Positions 45,270 to 54,121 of a stretch of 64,000 nucleotides of DNA are shown piece after piece (the stretch's first letter is position 1; each line of letters opens with the position of its first letter). The notes beneath the pieces are model-generated. The model had not been told where the DNA came from. It made no database searches and saw only the letters and a program-made list of their open reading frames with translations. This DNA comes from an uncultured Flavobacterium sp. GTDB taxonomy: Bacteria > Bacteroidota > Bacteroidia > Flavobacteriales > Flavobacteriaceae. Location of the stretch: assembly GCA_964598455.1 (NCBI GenBank), contig CAZRCB010000001.1, positions 11,406 to 75,405 on the forward strand, written 5' to 3'. The position numbers were made by a program, and so were the translations under genes.

Positions 45270-46148
45270 ATGAAAAAAACTATCTTAAGTCTGTTATTGC
45301 TGACTGGCCTAGGAGCGACAGCACAACAAGAACAAGACACTACAAAAAACTGGACAAGAGGAGGAAATATTTCTTTCCTACTTAATCAATCGACATTTGA
45401 TAACTGGATAACGGGAGGAGAAAATAGTTTCTCAGGAAATCTAGGGCTAAATTACAATTTTAATTATAAAAAGAACGACTGGAACTGGGATAATAAGATT
45501 ATTGCAGAATATGGAATTATGCAAACCAAGAATGCAGAGTTTGAAAAGAAGACAAATGACCGACTAGAGCTCAACTCTCTTCTAGGGAAAAAAGCATCCG
45601 GATATTGGTTCTATTCTGGTTTCTTGAACTTCAAAACACAATTTACCAAAGGATATAACTACAAAAAAGTAGATGGAATTGAGGTTAGAGGCGAGGCTAC
45701 AACAAAATTCATGTCTCCAGCTTATTTGGCTGTTGGTCCAGGTATGCTTTGGAAAAAATCAGATGACTTGAAAATAAATATCGCGCCTGCAACTTCTAGA
45801 TTTACTTTCGTAAATAAAGACTTTACTTCAGTTCCAGGCTATGTAGATGGCTCTTATTTTGGAGTTGATACTAATAAATCAATGAAATTTGAATTCGGTA
45901 TGCACGCTTCAGGGTACTATAAGTTTAATGTGATGGAGAATATCTCTTTTGAAAACACACTTACACTATATTCTGACTACCTAAAAGACCCACAGAATGT
46001 CGACCTAGAATATCAATTAAATATAGTGATGACTATTAACAAATACATTTCAGCCAACTTAATCTATCATACAATTTATGATGACAACGCCTTTGCAGGC
46101 TTCCAAACACGTCAGGTGTTTGGAGTTGGAGTAAATTATGGGTTTTAA
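45270..46148 (+). CDS. DUF3078-type outer-membrane beta-barrel protein
   Basis: The protein is 292 aa with a signal peptide. The string NWTRGGNISFLLNQSTFDNWITGGENSFSGNL is characteristic, and the C-terminus is the aromatic GVNYGF. Confidence 0.7.
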   Translation: MKKTILSLLLLTGLGATAQQEQDTTKNWTRGGNISFLLNQSTFDNWITGGENSFSGNLGLNYNFNYKKNDWNWDNKIIAEYGIMQTKNAEFEKKTNDRLELNSLLGKKASGYWFYSGFLNFKTQFTKGYNYKKVDGIEVRGEATTKFMSPAYLAVGPGMLWKKSDDLKINIAPATSRFTFVNKDFTSVPGYVDGSYFGVDTNKSMKFEFGMHASGYYKFNVMENISFENTLTLYSDYLKDPQNVDLEYQLNIVMTINKYISANLIYHTIYDDNAFAGFQTRQVFGVGVNYGF

Positions 46149-46164
46149 AATAGTTTGAAGCCAT

Positions 46165-46210
46165 TATCCTGTTCTAAATAATACGCATCAATTATTCAGG
46201 ACAGGATTTT
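46165..46210 (+). terminator. Weak terminator candidate after the DUF3078 gene
   Basis: ATCCTGT...ACAGGAT forms a stem extendable to ~10 bp with one G-U pair. The loop is large (22 nt) and TTTTA follows. Confidence 0.35.
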
Positions 46211-46264
46211 ATATAATTTAAAAATATATATCCTAGCCTTTATAGCGAAGTGTAGAAATCTAAG

Positions 46265-47488
46265 TTATATTGCCTCCGCTACAACAAAAGTGCTCCCGCC
46301 TACATAAATCAAGTCCTGATTAGATGCATTTTCTTTAGCTTTCACAAAAGCCTCTGCTACAGAACTATATGCCCGACCTATAAGATTATAAGTCTGTGCT
46401 TTCTGTTGAAGCTCCTCCGCATCCATACCTCTTGGAACCGTTGGTTTACAGAAATAATAGATTGCTTTTTTAGGGAATAATGGCAAGATTAAATCTAAAT
46501 CTTTATCGCTGACAACGCCTAATACAATATGTAGTTTTTCGAAAGGTTCTTTTTGAAGTTGTTCTAGCACGATTTCAAGCCCGTGTTTGTTGTGCGCAGT
46601 ATCACAAATGATTTTCGGATTTTCTTGTAGAATCTGCCACCTTCCTAAAAGTCCCGTATTTTTCACCACATTCAAAAATCCGTTTGTAATGTTCTCTGCT
46701 GAGATATTAAATACACCTTGTTGTTGAAGTACTCTGATGGTTTGTAAAGCTGTTTTTTTGTTTTTTTCTTGATAGGTACCTATCAAATCTGACTTTGGAG
46801 TTTCAGCAATTAAATCTGATGCAAAGTAAGTCTCAGACTGGGTTTCTTTTGCTTTAATTTCGAATATTTCACGCGTTTCAGAAGTATATTCTCCGATGAC
46901 AACAGGAGTGTTTGGCTTTATAATTCCAGCTTTTTCTGATGCGATTTCACCAAGTGTATTCCCTAAGAATTGAGTGTGGTCTAATCCTATATTGGTAATC
47001 ACCGCAACAAGTGGCGTTATGATATTGGTCGAATCTAAACGTCCTCCCATACCGGTTTCTATTACAGCGATATCTATGTTTTGTTTTACGAAATAATCAA
47101 AAGCCAATCCCACTGTCATTTCAAAGAAACTGAGGTTATGGCTTTCAAAAAATGACTTGTATTTCAACATAAAATCATAGACAAACGCTTCGGGAATTTC
47201 TTCTCCGTTTATCTTGATTCGCTCTCTAAAGTCTTTGAGGTGAGGTGAAGTGTATAATCCTACTTTGTAACCCGCTTCTTGCAAAATTGACGCAAGCATA
47301 CTCGAAGTAGAGCCTTTTCCGTTAGTTCCCGCAATGTGGATGGTTTTGATCTTATCCTCAGGATGATTTAGGTATTCCGATAACAGCAAGGTATTGTCTA
47401 GGTTTTTTCTGAATGCTGTTGCGCCTTGTTTCTGATACATCGGAAGTTGATCGAACATCCAATCCAGAATTTCACCGTAAGTTTTCAA
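46265..47488 (-). CDS. folC: Bifunctional folylpolyglutamate synthase / dihydrofolate synthase
   Basis: The protein is 407 aa with a TTG start immediately after the tonB stop. It has the P-loop HIAGTNGKGST and a Mur-ligase-type layout. Confidence 0.85.
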   Translation of the reverse strand: MKTYGEILDWMFDQLPMYQKQGATAFRKNLDNTLLLSEYLNHPEDKIKTIHIAGTNGKGSTSSMLASILQEAGYKVGLYTSPHLKDFRERIKINGEEIPEAFVYDFMLKYKSFFESHNLSFFEMTVGLAFDYFVKQNIDIAVIETGMGGRLDSTNIITPLVAVITNIGLDHTQFLGNTLGEIASEKAGIIKPNTPVVIGEYTSETREIFEIKAKETQSETYFASDLIAETPKSDLIGTYQEKNKKTALQTIRVLQQQGVFNISAENITNGFLNVVKNTGLLGRWQILQENPKIICDTAHNKHGLEIVLEQLQKEPFEKLHIVLGVVSDKDLDLILPLFPKKAIYYFCKPTVPRGMDAEELQQKAQTYNLIGRAYSSVAEAFVKAKENASNQDLIYVGGSTFVVAEAI

Positions 47489-48367
47489 TTATTCTCGAAG
47501 CTTAAAGTTATATGTAATGGTACCTGTTTGTCTTTCGGCTGCGGATTCGCTAGGGTCAAATTTAGCTTTAAGAGCAGCTTCCTTAGCGATATCTACTAAA
47601 CATTTTGCCGTATTTGTCGTACCTCTAACACCTGGTTTTGCGTCTATAACTCTTCCTGATTTATCTACGTATATTTCCACAACTACCGTTCCTTCTTCGT
47701 TACATCTGTATTGCGGCGCAGGCATTGCCACAGACTTTCTACCGGCTAATTTATAGTTTCCAACTCCTGATCCAACGCCACCTCCAGAACCACTTCCGTA
47801 GCCAGAACCACTTCCGATTCCTTGTCCTGAACCTGTGCCGCCTCCAGAACCTGTACCGCTTCCGCCACTACCGTCGCCATCATAACCTTGACTATTTAGA
47901 TTTCCAGAGGTTTTTCCTTGGTTTCCAGCATTATTAGAATTTCCGTCTCCTCCCAACAAGTTTTTAAAAGCGTCTGTAACGTCTTGACTTGGCTTAGGTT
48001 TCTCAGGTGTCTTAGTAACTGTTGTAGGTTTAGTCTCAGGTTTGATTTCAGTTTTTTTGACGTCTACTTTTTTGACATCCTTTATAGCAACTGCATCTTC
48101 ATTATCAGAAGTCAACATTTCTGAAGCTGTGTTTTTAGCAACCTCTGTTGGCGTTTGTACAGCCACGGGATTTGGAGAATCAAACTGATTGCCCATTCCT
48201 TGGTCGTCAAAACCAAAGTTTAGTGCAATCGTTCCGCCACCACCACCACCTTCAAGCTCTTTTGGCTCAGGAGGAAAAATAGCGATAGACATCACAAAAA
48301 CCATAAGCACAAACATAATTGTAGTGATAATGGCAGATTTTTTCTGTTCGGGCGTCTTAAAAAACAT
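47489..48367 (-). CDS. tonB: Energy transducer TonB
   Basis: The protein is 292 aa. It has an N-terminal anchor, a K/P/T-rich segment, a Gly/Ser-rich linker, and a C-terminal TonB domain (EGTVVVEIYVDKSGRVIDAKP...). Confidence 0.8.
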   Translation of the reverse strand: MFFKTPEQKKSAIITTIMFVLMVFVMSIAIFPPEPKELEGGGGGGTIALNFGFDDQGMGNQFDSPNPVAVQTPTEVAKNTASEMLTSDNEDAVAIKDVKKVDVKKTEIKPETKPTTVTKTPEKPKPSQDVTDAFKNLLGGDGNSNNAGNQGKTSGNLNSQGYDGDGSGGSGTGSGGGTGSGQGIGSGSGYGSGSGGGVGSGVGNYKLAGRKSVAMPAPQYRCNEEGTVVVEIYVDKSGRVIDAKPGVRGTTNTAKCLVDIAKEAALKAKFDPSESAAERQTGTITYNFKLRE

Positions 48368-48601
48368 TGTCTATAGTGGATGTTAGGAATAATAACTCAA
48401 AAGTAAGGAAATATATTGTTACGGGAAACTCTAAAACAAAATATAGTCATTTTGACTATTGACTTTTGTTCCTATAACTAGTAAAATTTGCATTGTGTAA
48501 AATTAAGATATTGTTAATAAATTAAATTAGACTGTTTTGTTTCTTATTTAAAAACATATATATTTGAAAAACAACTAAATAGCTGCTAAAACAACTATAC
48601 T

Positions 48602-48730
48602 ATGGAATCAAAATTACTTTACGCTGTTTTGTTCTTTATGAGTACATTTATTTTATTGGCACAGCAGGACGATTTTGTTGGAAATACTTGGTACTTGGAA
48701 AAATTGGTTACTAAATGGACAGGTTCCTGA
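48602..48730 (+). pseudogene. 42-codon ORF that looks like the signal-peptide end of a truncated exported-protein gene
   Basis: Hand translation gives MESKLLYAVLFFMSTFILLAQQDDFVGNTWYLEKLVTKWTGS*. This is a signal peptide followed by only ~20 residues, and it stops 36 nt before the next gene. It could also be a genuine mini-ORF or noise. Confidence 0.25.
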
Positions 48731-48766
48731 CACAACAACTCTAATCAAACAATAAACATTTTAATT

Positions 48767-49693
48767 ATGAAAAATATACTATACTTTTTGTTTTTTATAA
48801 CGGTTAGTTATAAAGTAACAGCACAGATAACCTATATTCCTGACCCTCTTTTTGAGCAAGAACTCATCGCTCAAAATATAGATAGTGATGGAATTGTAAA
48901 CGGGCAGATATTGACAAGCGATATAGAGAATATTACGGAGCTTTATATAGAAGGGTCTTCTATGACTGATATAACAGGTATACAAGATTTTGTTTCATTA
49001 GAAGAACTTACTATTACTCATACACTTATTACTGAACTTACTATTTCAAATAATTTTCAATTACGTTATTTATTCTGTGAACATAATTTACTCACTGATA
49101 TAGATATATCTAACAATATTTTATTAGAAGAACTATATTGTGGTAATAATCACGATGATGTTTCTCCTCAAAATCAAATTACTTATATTGATTTGAGTAA
49201 TAATCCTAATATACATACTGTATTTACTGAAAATATGTATCCCTTATTAAATGGAGGTATAAACCTAGCTAATGGAAATAATAGTAATCTAATATATCTT
49301 AATGTACAACGCTATGGTATGGATTGGGTAGATGAAACACCTATTTGTATTCAGGTAGATAATGCTATAGGTGCCATAAATGGAGAACTTCCTTATTCAG
49401 AATGGATTGTTATAGGTGGTCATTTTTATTCTGGTGAAAATTGTATGTTAGGTATACAGTCTTTAAAGAATAACAAAATAAGCATTTACCCCAATCCAGT
49501 TTCTGATGTTCTGTATTTTGAAATCACAGATACAATAATAGAAAAGATAATCATTTTTGACCTTTCGGGCAGGAAAATTTTAGAGCAAAATCAAGTAAAT
49601 AATCTTCAGGTTTCAGACCTGCAAAAAGGAAATTATATCCTAAAAATAGTCTCTGACAAAGGAATTCAGACAGAAAAGATAATTGTAAAGTAA
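48767..49693 (+). CDS. Leucine-rich-repeat protein with T9SS type A C-terminal sorting domain
   Basis: The protein is 308 aa with a signal peptide. It has LRR units (LEELTITHTLITELTISNNFQLRYLFCEHNLLTDIDISNN...) and the C-terminus ISIYPNPVSDVLYFEI...GNYILKIVSDKGIQTEKIIVK. Confidence 0.8.
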   Translation: MKNILYFLFFITVSYKVTAQITYIPDPLFEQELIAQNIDSDGIVNGQILTSDIENITELYIEGSSMTDITGIQDFVSLEELTITHTLITELTISNNFQLRYLFCEHNLLTDIDISNNILLEELYCGNNHDDVSPQNQITYIDLSNNPNIHTVFTENMYPLLNGGINLANGNNSNLIYLNVQRYGMDWVDETPICIQVDNAIGAINGELPYSEWIVIGGHFYSGENCMLGIQSLKNNKISIYPNPVSDVLYFEITDTIIEKIIIFDLSGRKILEQNQVNNLQVSDLQKGNYILKIVSDKGIQTEKIIVK

Positions 49694-49807
49694 AAGAAGG
49701 GTTTCTTGTAACATCAATTTTATGAAATGCAGAATTTTTATCAAAGCTTAAACTTTTCCCTTCGATTTCAGCAATAATTATAGGACGTACAGGTCTTAAA
49801 TATTTAT

Positions 49808-49869
49808 AAAACTCGTGTTTTTAGAATTTTAAGTAGTCAACATAAAAATTCAAAAAAAACACGAGTTTT
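49808..49869. terminator. Long-loop inverted repeat between convergent genes (possible bidirectional terminator)
   Basis: AAAACTCGTGTTTT (49808-49821) and AAAACACGAGTTTT (49856-49869) are perfect 14-bp arms with a 34-nt spacer. A- and T-runs flank them. Confidence 0.4.
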
Positions 49870-49903
49870 TAGAAAACATGTAATCTTATTGTAGAGTAGG
49901 TTT

Positions 49904-51430
49904 TTAGTGTTTGAAATGTCTAATTCCTGTAAACACCATTTTCATCTTATTGTTGTTGCAATAATCAATACTCAGTTGGTCTTTGATTGAGCCTCCTGGC
50001 TGAATCACAGCTTTAATTCCCACTTTGTCAGCAATTTCCACACAGTCCGGGAAAGGGAAAAAGGCATCACTTGCCATCACAGCTCCATTGAGGTCAAACC
50101 CAAAGCTTTGCGCTTTTTCAATAGCTTGACGAAGTGCGTCAACTCTAGAGGTTTGACCCGTTCCGCTGGCGATAAGTTGTTTGTCTTTTGCCAAAACAAT
50201 CGTGTTTGATTTGATATTTTTACAAAGCTTTGAAGCAAATAAAAGATCTTCGATTTCTTTGGCTGTTGGAACTAGGGTTGTAGCAGTTGTAAGTACGTCT
50301 TCAGTATCAGTTAAGAAGTCTTTATCTTGAACTAAATACCCGTTTAGTGCTGTACGTACTTGTGTTTTAGAAAGTTCTACTTCTTTCTGAACTAAGATAA
50401 TTCTATTTTTCTTTTGTTGTAGAATACTGATAGCTTGTGCGTCATAATCAGGAGCAATAACAACTTCACAGAACAACTGATTGATTTCCTCAGCTGTAGC
50501 AATATCAATTTTTGAATTGGCTATCAAAACACCTCCAAAAGCAGAGGTTGGGTCTGCAGCAAGTGCATCTAAGTAAGCTTGTTTTAGCGTATCACGTGTG
50601 GCTAATCCACAAGCGTTATTGTGCTTTAGGATTGCAAAAGTAGGTTTGTTGTTCTTGAATTCAGCCATTAGCACTACTGCCGCATCAACATCAAGTAGGT
50701 TGTTGTACGAAAGTTCTTTTCCGTGTAAAACATCAAACATAGCGTCAAAATCTCCGAAAAAAAATCCTTTTTGATGTGGGTTTTCTCCGTAACGCAATTG
50801 TTTTCCGTTAGCCATACTTAGCTTTAAGAATGAATCATCGTTGTGGAAGTAATTGAAAATAGCCGTATCGTAATTTGATGAAATATGGAAGGCATATCCA
50901 GCATAGGCTTTTCTGTCGTCTATATTGGTTTGACCCATTTTTTCGTTTAATAACTCAAGGAATCCCGCATACTGATCTACTGAAGAAATAATCAAGGTGT
51001 CGTTGAAGTTTTTGGCTCCAGCACGAATAAGTGAAATACCACCGATATCGATTTTCTCGATAATATCAGCCTCTGAAGCTCCAGCACTAACGGTTTTCTC
51101 AAACGGATATAAATCTACGATGACTAAATCAATCTGAGGAATAGCGTATTCTTGCATCTGTTGTACATCTGATGTGTTGTCTTGTCTGTTAAGAATTCCG
51201 CCGAAAATTTTTGGATGTAGCGTTTTTACTCTTCCACCTAAGATTGAAGGATAATCTGTAATGCTCTCCACCGGAATGACAGGAATATCAAGCGCTTTGA
51301 TGAAATCTTCAGTCCCGCCTGTCGAATAAAGGGTTACGCCTAATTCGTGAAGCTTTTTGACAATAGGTTCTAGTCCTTCTTTGGAAAATACCGATACGAG
51401 TGCCGCACGGATTTGTTTAGTTGTGTTCAT
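49904..51430 (-). CDS. purH: Bifunctional AICAR formyltransferase / IMP cyclohydrolase
   Basis: This is track ORF 49904..51466, trimmed to MNTTKQIRAALVSVFSKEGL... It has the MGS-like N-terminus, the string GGRVKTLHPKIFGGIL, and a C-terminus ending ...FTGIRHFKH. Confidence 0.9.
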   Translation of the reverse strand: MNTTKQIRAALVSVFSKEGLEPIVKKLHELGVTLYSTGGTEDFIKALDIPVIPVESITDYPSILGGRVKTLHPKIFGGILNRQDNTSDVQQMQEYAIPQIDLVIVDLYPFEKTVSAGASEADIIEKIDIGGISLIRAGAKNFNDTLIISSVDQYAGFLELLNEKMGQTNIDDRKAYAGYAFHISSNYDTAIFNYFHNDDSFLKLSMANGKQLRYGENPHQKGFFFGDFDAMFDVLHGKELSYNNLLDVDAAVVLMAEFKNNKPTFAILKHNNACGLATRDTLKQAYLDALAADPTSAFGGVLIANSKIDIATAEEINQLFCEVVIAPDYDAQAISILQQKKNRIILVQKEVELSKTQVRTALNGYLVQDKDFLTDTEDVLTTATTLVPTAKEIEDLLFASKLCKNIKSNTIVLAKDKQLIASGTGQTSRVDALRQAIEKAQSFGFDLNGAVMASDAFFPFPDCVEIADKVGIKAVIQPGGSIKDQLSIDYCNNNKMKMVFTGIRHFKH

Positions 51431-51463
51431 AGTTATAGTAGTAGTTGTTTTTATAAGAAGTGG

Positions 51464-51471
51464 CAAAGGTA
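51464..51471 (-). promoter_or_regulatory. Candidate -7 box (TACCTTTG) for purH
   Basis: The reverse strand reads TACCTTTG, 34 nt upstream of ATG 51430. Confidence 0.3.
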
Positions 51472-51700
51472 ATATTTTTGTTTCAGCTTTCTAGTTGAAA
51501 AATTAAAGATGTGGTATCTGTCTGACAAATAGCTGATAAGCCTTGAATCAGGTGTTTGTTTGTTTTAATAAACTACATACTAATTAGTCAAATCCAACAG
51601 TTTTCTATACAGATTATCGATAGTAGGCAAGGCGATTTTGGCGAAATTTTTTGTTGTACAACAAACCGATAAAGACTATATTTGTCAAAAACTATACGAT

Positions 51701-52306
51701 ATGTTTGCTGCATTTGCCTACTCAATCTTTGAAGAAAGTATCAAAGATTACCACATTCACGACAGTGTAAACCAACCTATTGCCAACCCGTATCCGAAAG
51801 ATAAAATCGAGCATTTATTGTACTTGAAAAACTGGATTGATACCGTGCAATGGCATTATGAGGATATTATTAGAGATCCGAATATCGATCCTGTTGCCGC
51901 GTTGAAACTCAAGCGCAAAATAGATGCTTCGAACCAAGAACGCACCGATATGGTTGAATTCATCGATAGTTATTTCTTAGATAAATACAAAGACGTAAAG
52001 ATAAAAGACGGCGCTAAAATCAATTCTGAGAGTCCAGCTTGGGCTATTGACCGTTTTTCTATTCTAGCCTTAAAAATCTATCATATGCAGGTCGAAGCAA
52101 CTCGTGAGGGTGCATCTGCAGAACACAGAACTAAAGCACAAGAAAAGCTGAACGTGTTGTTAGAACAGAAGAAAGATTTATCTACGGCTATTGATGATTT
52201 GATTCAAGACATCTCAAATGGAGATAAATACATGAAAGTCTATAAACAGATGAAAATGTATAATGATGATGAGCTGAATCCGGTTCTTTATCAGAATAAA
52301 AAATAA
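51701..52306 (+). CDS. DUF4254-type protein, unknown function
   Basis: This is track ORF 51638..52306, trimmed to ATG 51701 (MFAAFAYSIFEESIKDYHIHD...). The strings WIDTVQWHYEDIIRDPNIDP and RKIDASNQERTD match my recollection of DUF4254. Confidence 0.6.
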   Translation: MFAAFAYSIFEESIKDYHIHDSVNQPIANPYPKDKIEHLLYLKNWIDTVQWHYEDIIRDPNIDPVAALKLKRKIDASNQERTDMVEFIDSYFLDKYKDVKIKDGAKINSESPAWAIDRFSILALKIYHMQVEATREGASAEHRTKAQEKLNVLLEQKKDLSTAIDDLIQDISNGDKYMKVYKQMKMYNDDELNPVLYQNKK

Positions 52307-52307
52307 T

Positions 52308-53996
52308 TTATCTGATATCCCGTGCTTTGAGCTGTAAGCTGACAGTTCCATTCCACTCGTTTTCCTCAATAGAATAAACCATATCAAAAGGTTTTCTGTT
52401 TTTTATGATATTGATTTTATTACCAAGATTGAAACCAACTACATTTATAGGTTGAGAACCATTTTGTTTGACGAACATCTTCAGGTGTTCGTCATCTTTA
52501 CCTAAAGGTTTAGCGTAACCAGTGTCTATTACTTTTTTTGACATAAAAACAGGCGTCATGTTTCCTGGTCCGAATGGCTCAAGTTGTTTTAGAATTCGCA
52601 CAAACTTTGGGCTAATATCTATGAAATCTATCTCTGTATCAATTGTAATTTCAGGTGAAAGCGATTTTTCTGTAATAGAATTCTTGACTACTTGCTCAAA
52701 TTTCTCTTTAAAACCTTCAAACTTTTCTTTGGCAATGGTCAATCCTGCTGCATATTTATGTCCGCCGAATTGTTCAATAAATTCAGAGCATTGCTCAAGC
52801 GCTTGGTGAATGTCAAATCCACTTACAGAACGTGCGGAAGCAGTCATCTTGCCTTGACTTTCTGTGAATACGATAGTGGGTTTATAATGTGTTTCGATCA
52901 GTCTTGAAGCTACAATTCCGATGACGCCTTTGTGCCAATTTTTACTAAACACAACCGTCGTAAAGCGATTTTCTGGACCCAGCTCAGCGATTTTCGCTAG
53001 GGCTTCTTTGGTGATTTGTTCGTCAAGTTCTTTTCGCTCGCTATTAAAAGATTCTATTTCTAAGGCGAATTTCTGCGCTTCTTCCCAATTAAACTCAGTA
53101 AGAAGTTTTACTGCATAATTTCCGTGGTGAATTCTTCCTGCAGCATTGATTCGCGGAGCTATCATAAAAACCACATCGGTTATGGTTAATTCTTTTTTCT
53201 TTGTATTTTCGATTAGTGCTTTGATTCCGTTTCTAGGACTGTTATTGATAACCTCTAGGCCAAACTTTGCGAGTATTCTATTCTCTCCAGTAATCGGAAC
53301 AATATCAGCGCCAATTGCCGTAGCGACCAGATCTAGATAGGGCACTAAATCTTCTGTAGTCAATCCTCTATTAGCAGCTAAGGCTTGAATGATTTTGAAA
53401 CCAATCCCACAACCACAAAGTTCTTTATAAGGATAGCTACAATCTTTTCGTTTTGGGTCTAATACAGCAACTGCAATAGGTATATCCTCACCTGGTAGGT
53501 GGTGGTCCGCAACAATAAAGTCAATGTCTTTTGACTGTGCATAAATTATTTTGTCATTGGCTTTTATACCACAGTCTAATGCGATAACAAGCGTAAAGTT
53601 ATTGTCATATGCAAAGTCAATTCCCTTAAATGAAATACCGTAGCCTTCATCATATCTATCCGGGATATACGTAGCCACATTTGGATAAAAGGATTTTAAA
53701 TATGAATATACAAGCGAAACAGCTGTGGTGCCATCAACGTCATAATCTCCGTAAATCAGAATATTCTCGTTGTTTTCTATAGCACTTTCGATTCTAGCAA
53801 TTGCTTTGTCCATATCTTTCATCAGATACGGATCGTGTAAATCTTGGAGTGAAGGGCGAAAGAAGAGGCGTGCTTGTTCGAAGGTTGTTACTCCTCTTTG
53901 CACTAGAATTTTTGCCACGACATCATCTACTGAAAGGCTCATGGCAAGTTCAGATATTTTTGCTTTAGAAAAATTAGAGTTGACTGTCCAGCGCAT
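52308..53996 (-). CDS. recJ: Single-stranded-DNA-specific exonuclease RecJ
   Basis: This is track ORF 52308..54014, trimmed to MRWTVNS... The DHH motifs are GDYDVDGTT and VADHH, and the DHHA1 region has the string GGHKYAAG. Confidence 0.9.
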   Translation of the reverse strand: MRWTVNSNFSKAKISELAMSLSVDDVVAKILVQRGVTTFEQARLFFRPSLQDLHDPYLMKDMDKAIARIESAIENNENILIYGDYDVDGTTAVSLVYSYLKSFYPNVATYIPDRYDEGYGISFKGIDFAYDNNFTLVIALDCGIKANDKIIYAQSKDIDFIVADHHLPGEDIPIAVAVLDPKRKDCSYPYKELCGCGIGFKIIQALAANRGLTTEDLVPYLDLVATAIGADIVPITGENRILAKFGLEVINNSPRNGIKALIENTKKKELTITDVVFMIAPRINAAGRIHHGNYAVKLLTEFNWEEAQKFALEIESFNSERKELDEQITKEALAKIAELGPENRFTTVVFSKNWHKGVIGIVASRLIETHYKPTIVFTESQGKMTASARSVSGFDIHQALEQCSEFIEQFGGHKYAAGLTIAKEKFEGFKEKFEQVVKNSITEKSLSPEITIDTEIDFIDISPKFVRILKQLEPFGPGNMTPVFMSKKVIDTGYAKPLGKDDEHLKMFVKQNGSQPINVVGFNLGNKINIIKNRKPFDMVYSIEENEWNGTVSLQLKARDIR

Positions 53997-54062
53997 ATAT
54001 AAGTTTTTAGTCAAAGATAAAACATATTAGATTTCAAACAACTAAGTTCTAGAAATGCGGGC

Positions 54063-54096
54063 ATAAAAAAGACCGATAGCCAAATGGCTATCGGTC
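54063..54096 (-). terminator. Rho-independent terminator after the PorE-like gene
   Basis: There is a perfect 11-bp stem, GACCGATAGCC / GGCTATCGGTC, with a 4-nt loop. On the minus strand TTTTTT follows. Confidence 0.7.
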
Positions 54097-54121
54097 TCTG
54101 AGAATTGTTTATTGTATAGAA

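Noticed and set aside
47517-48386. Four plus-strand ORFs inside tonB (47517..47756, 47725..47937, 47918..48124 and 48189..48386).
   Set aside because: They are antisense translation of the Gly/Ser- and Lys/Pro-rich repeats, which gives artefactual open frames.
48443-48459. Calling the palindrome upstream of tonB a Fur box.
   Set aside because: The sequence ATAGTCATTTTGACTAT does not match the GATAATGATAATCATTATC-type consensus closely enough. It is kept only as an unassigned operator candidate.
49694-49807. A reverse-strand peptide-like stretch (RPIIIAEIEGKSLSFDKNSAFHKIDVTRN) in the spacer after the LRR gene, considered as a gene remnant.
   Set aside because: It is too short, has no start or family signature I can name, and is interrupted by stops on both sides.
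51431-51700. A ZTP (pfl) riboswitch upstream of purH, which is a common association.
   Set aside because: I read the leader on the reverse strand and found none of the conserved ZTP elements (GGGTCGTGAC..., CCGCCTGGGC-type pseudoknot strings). Only a TACCTTTG -7 box is present.
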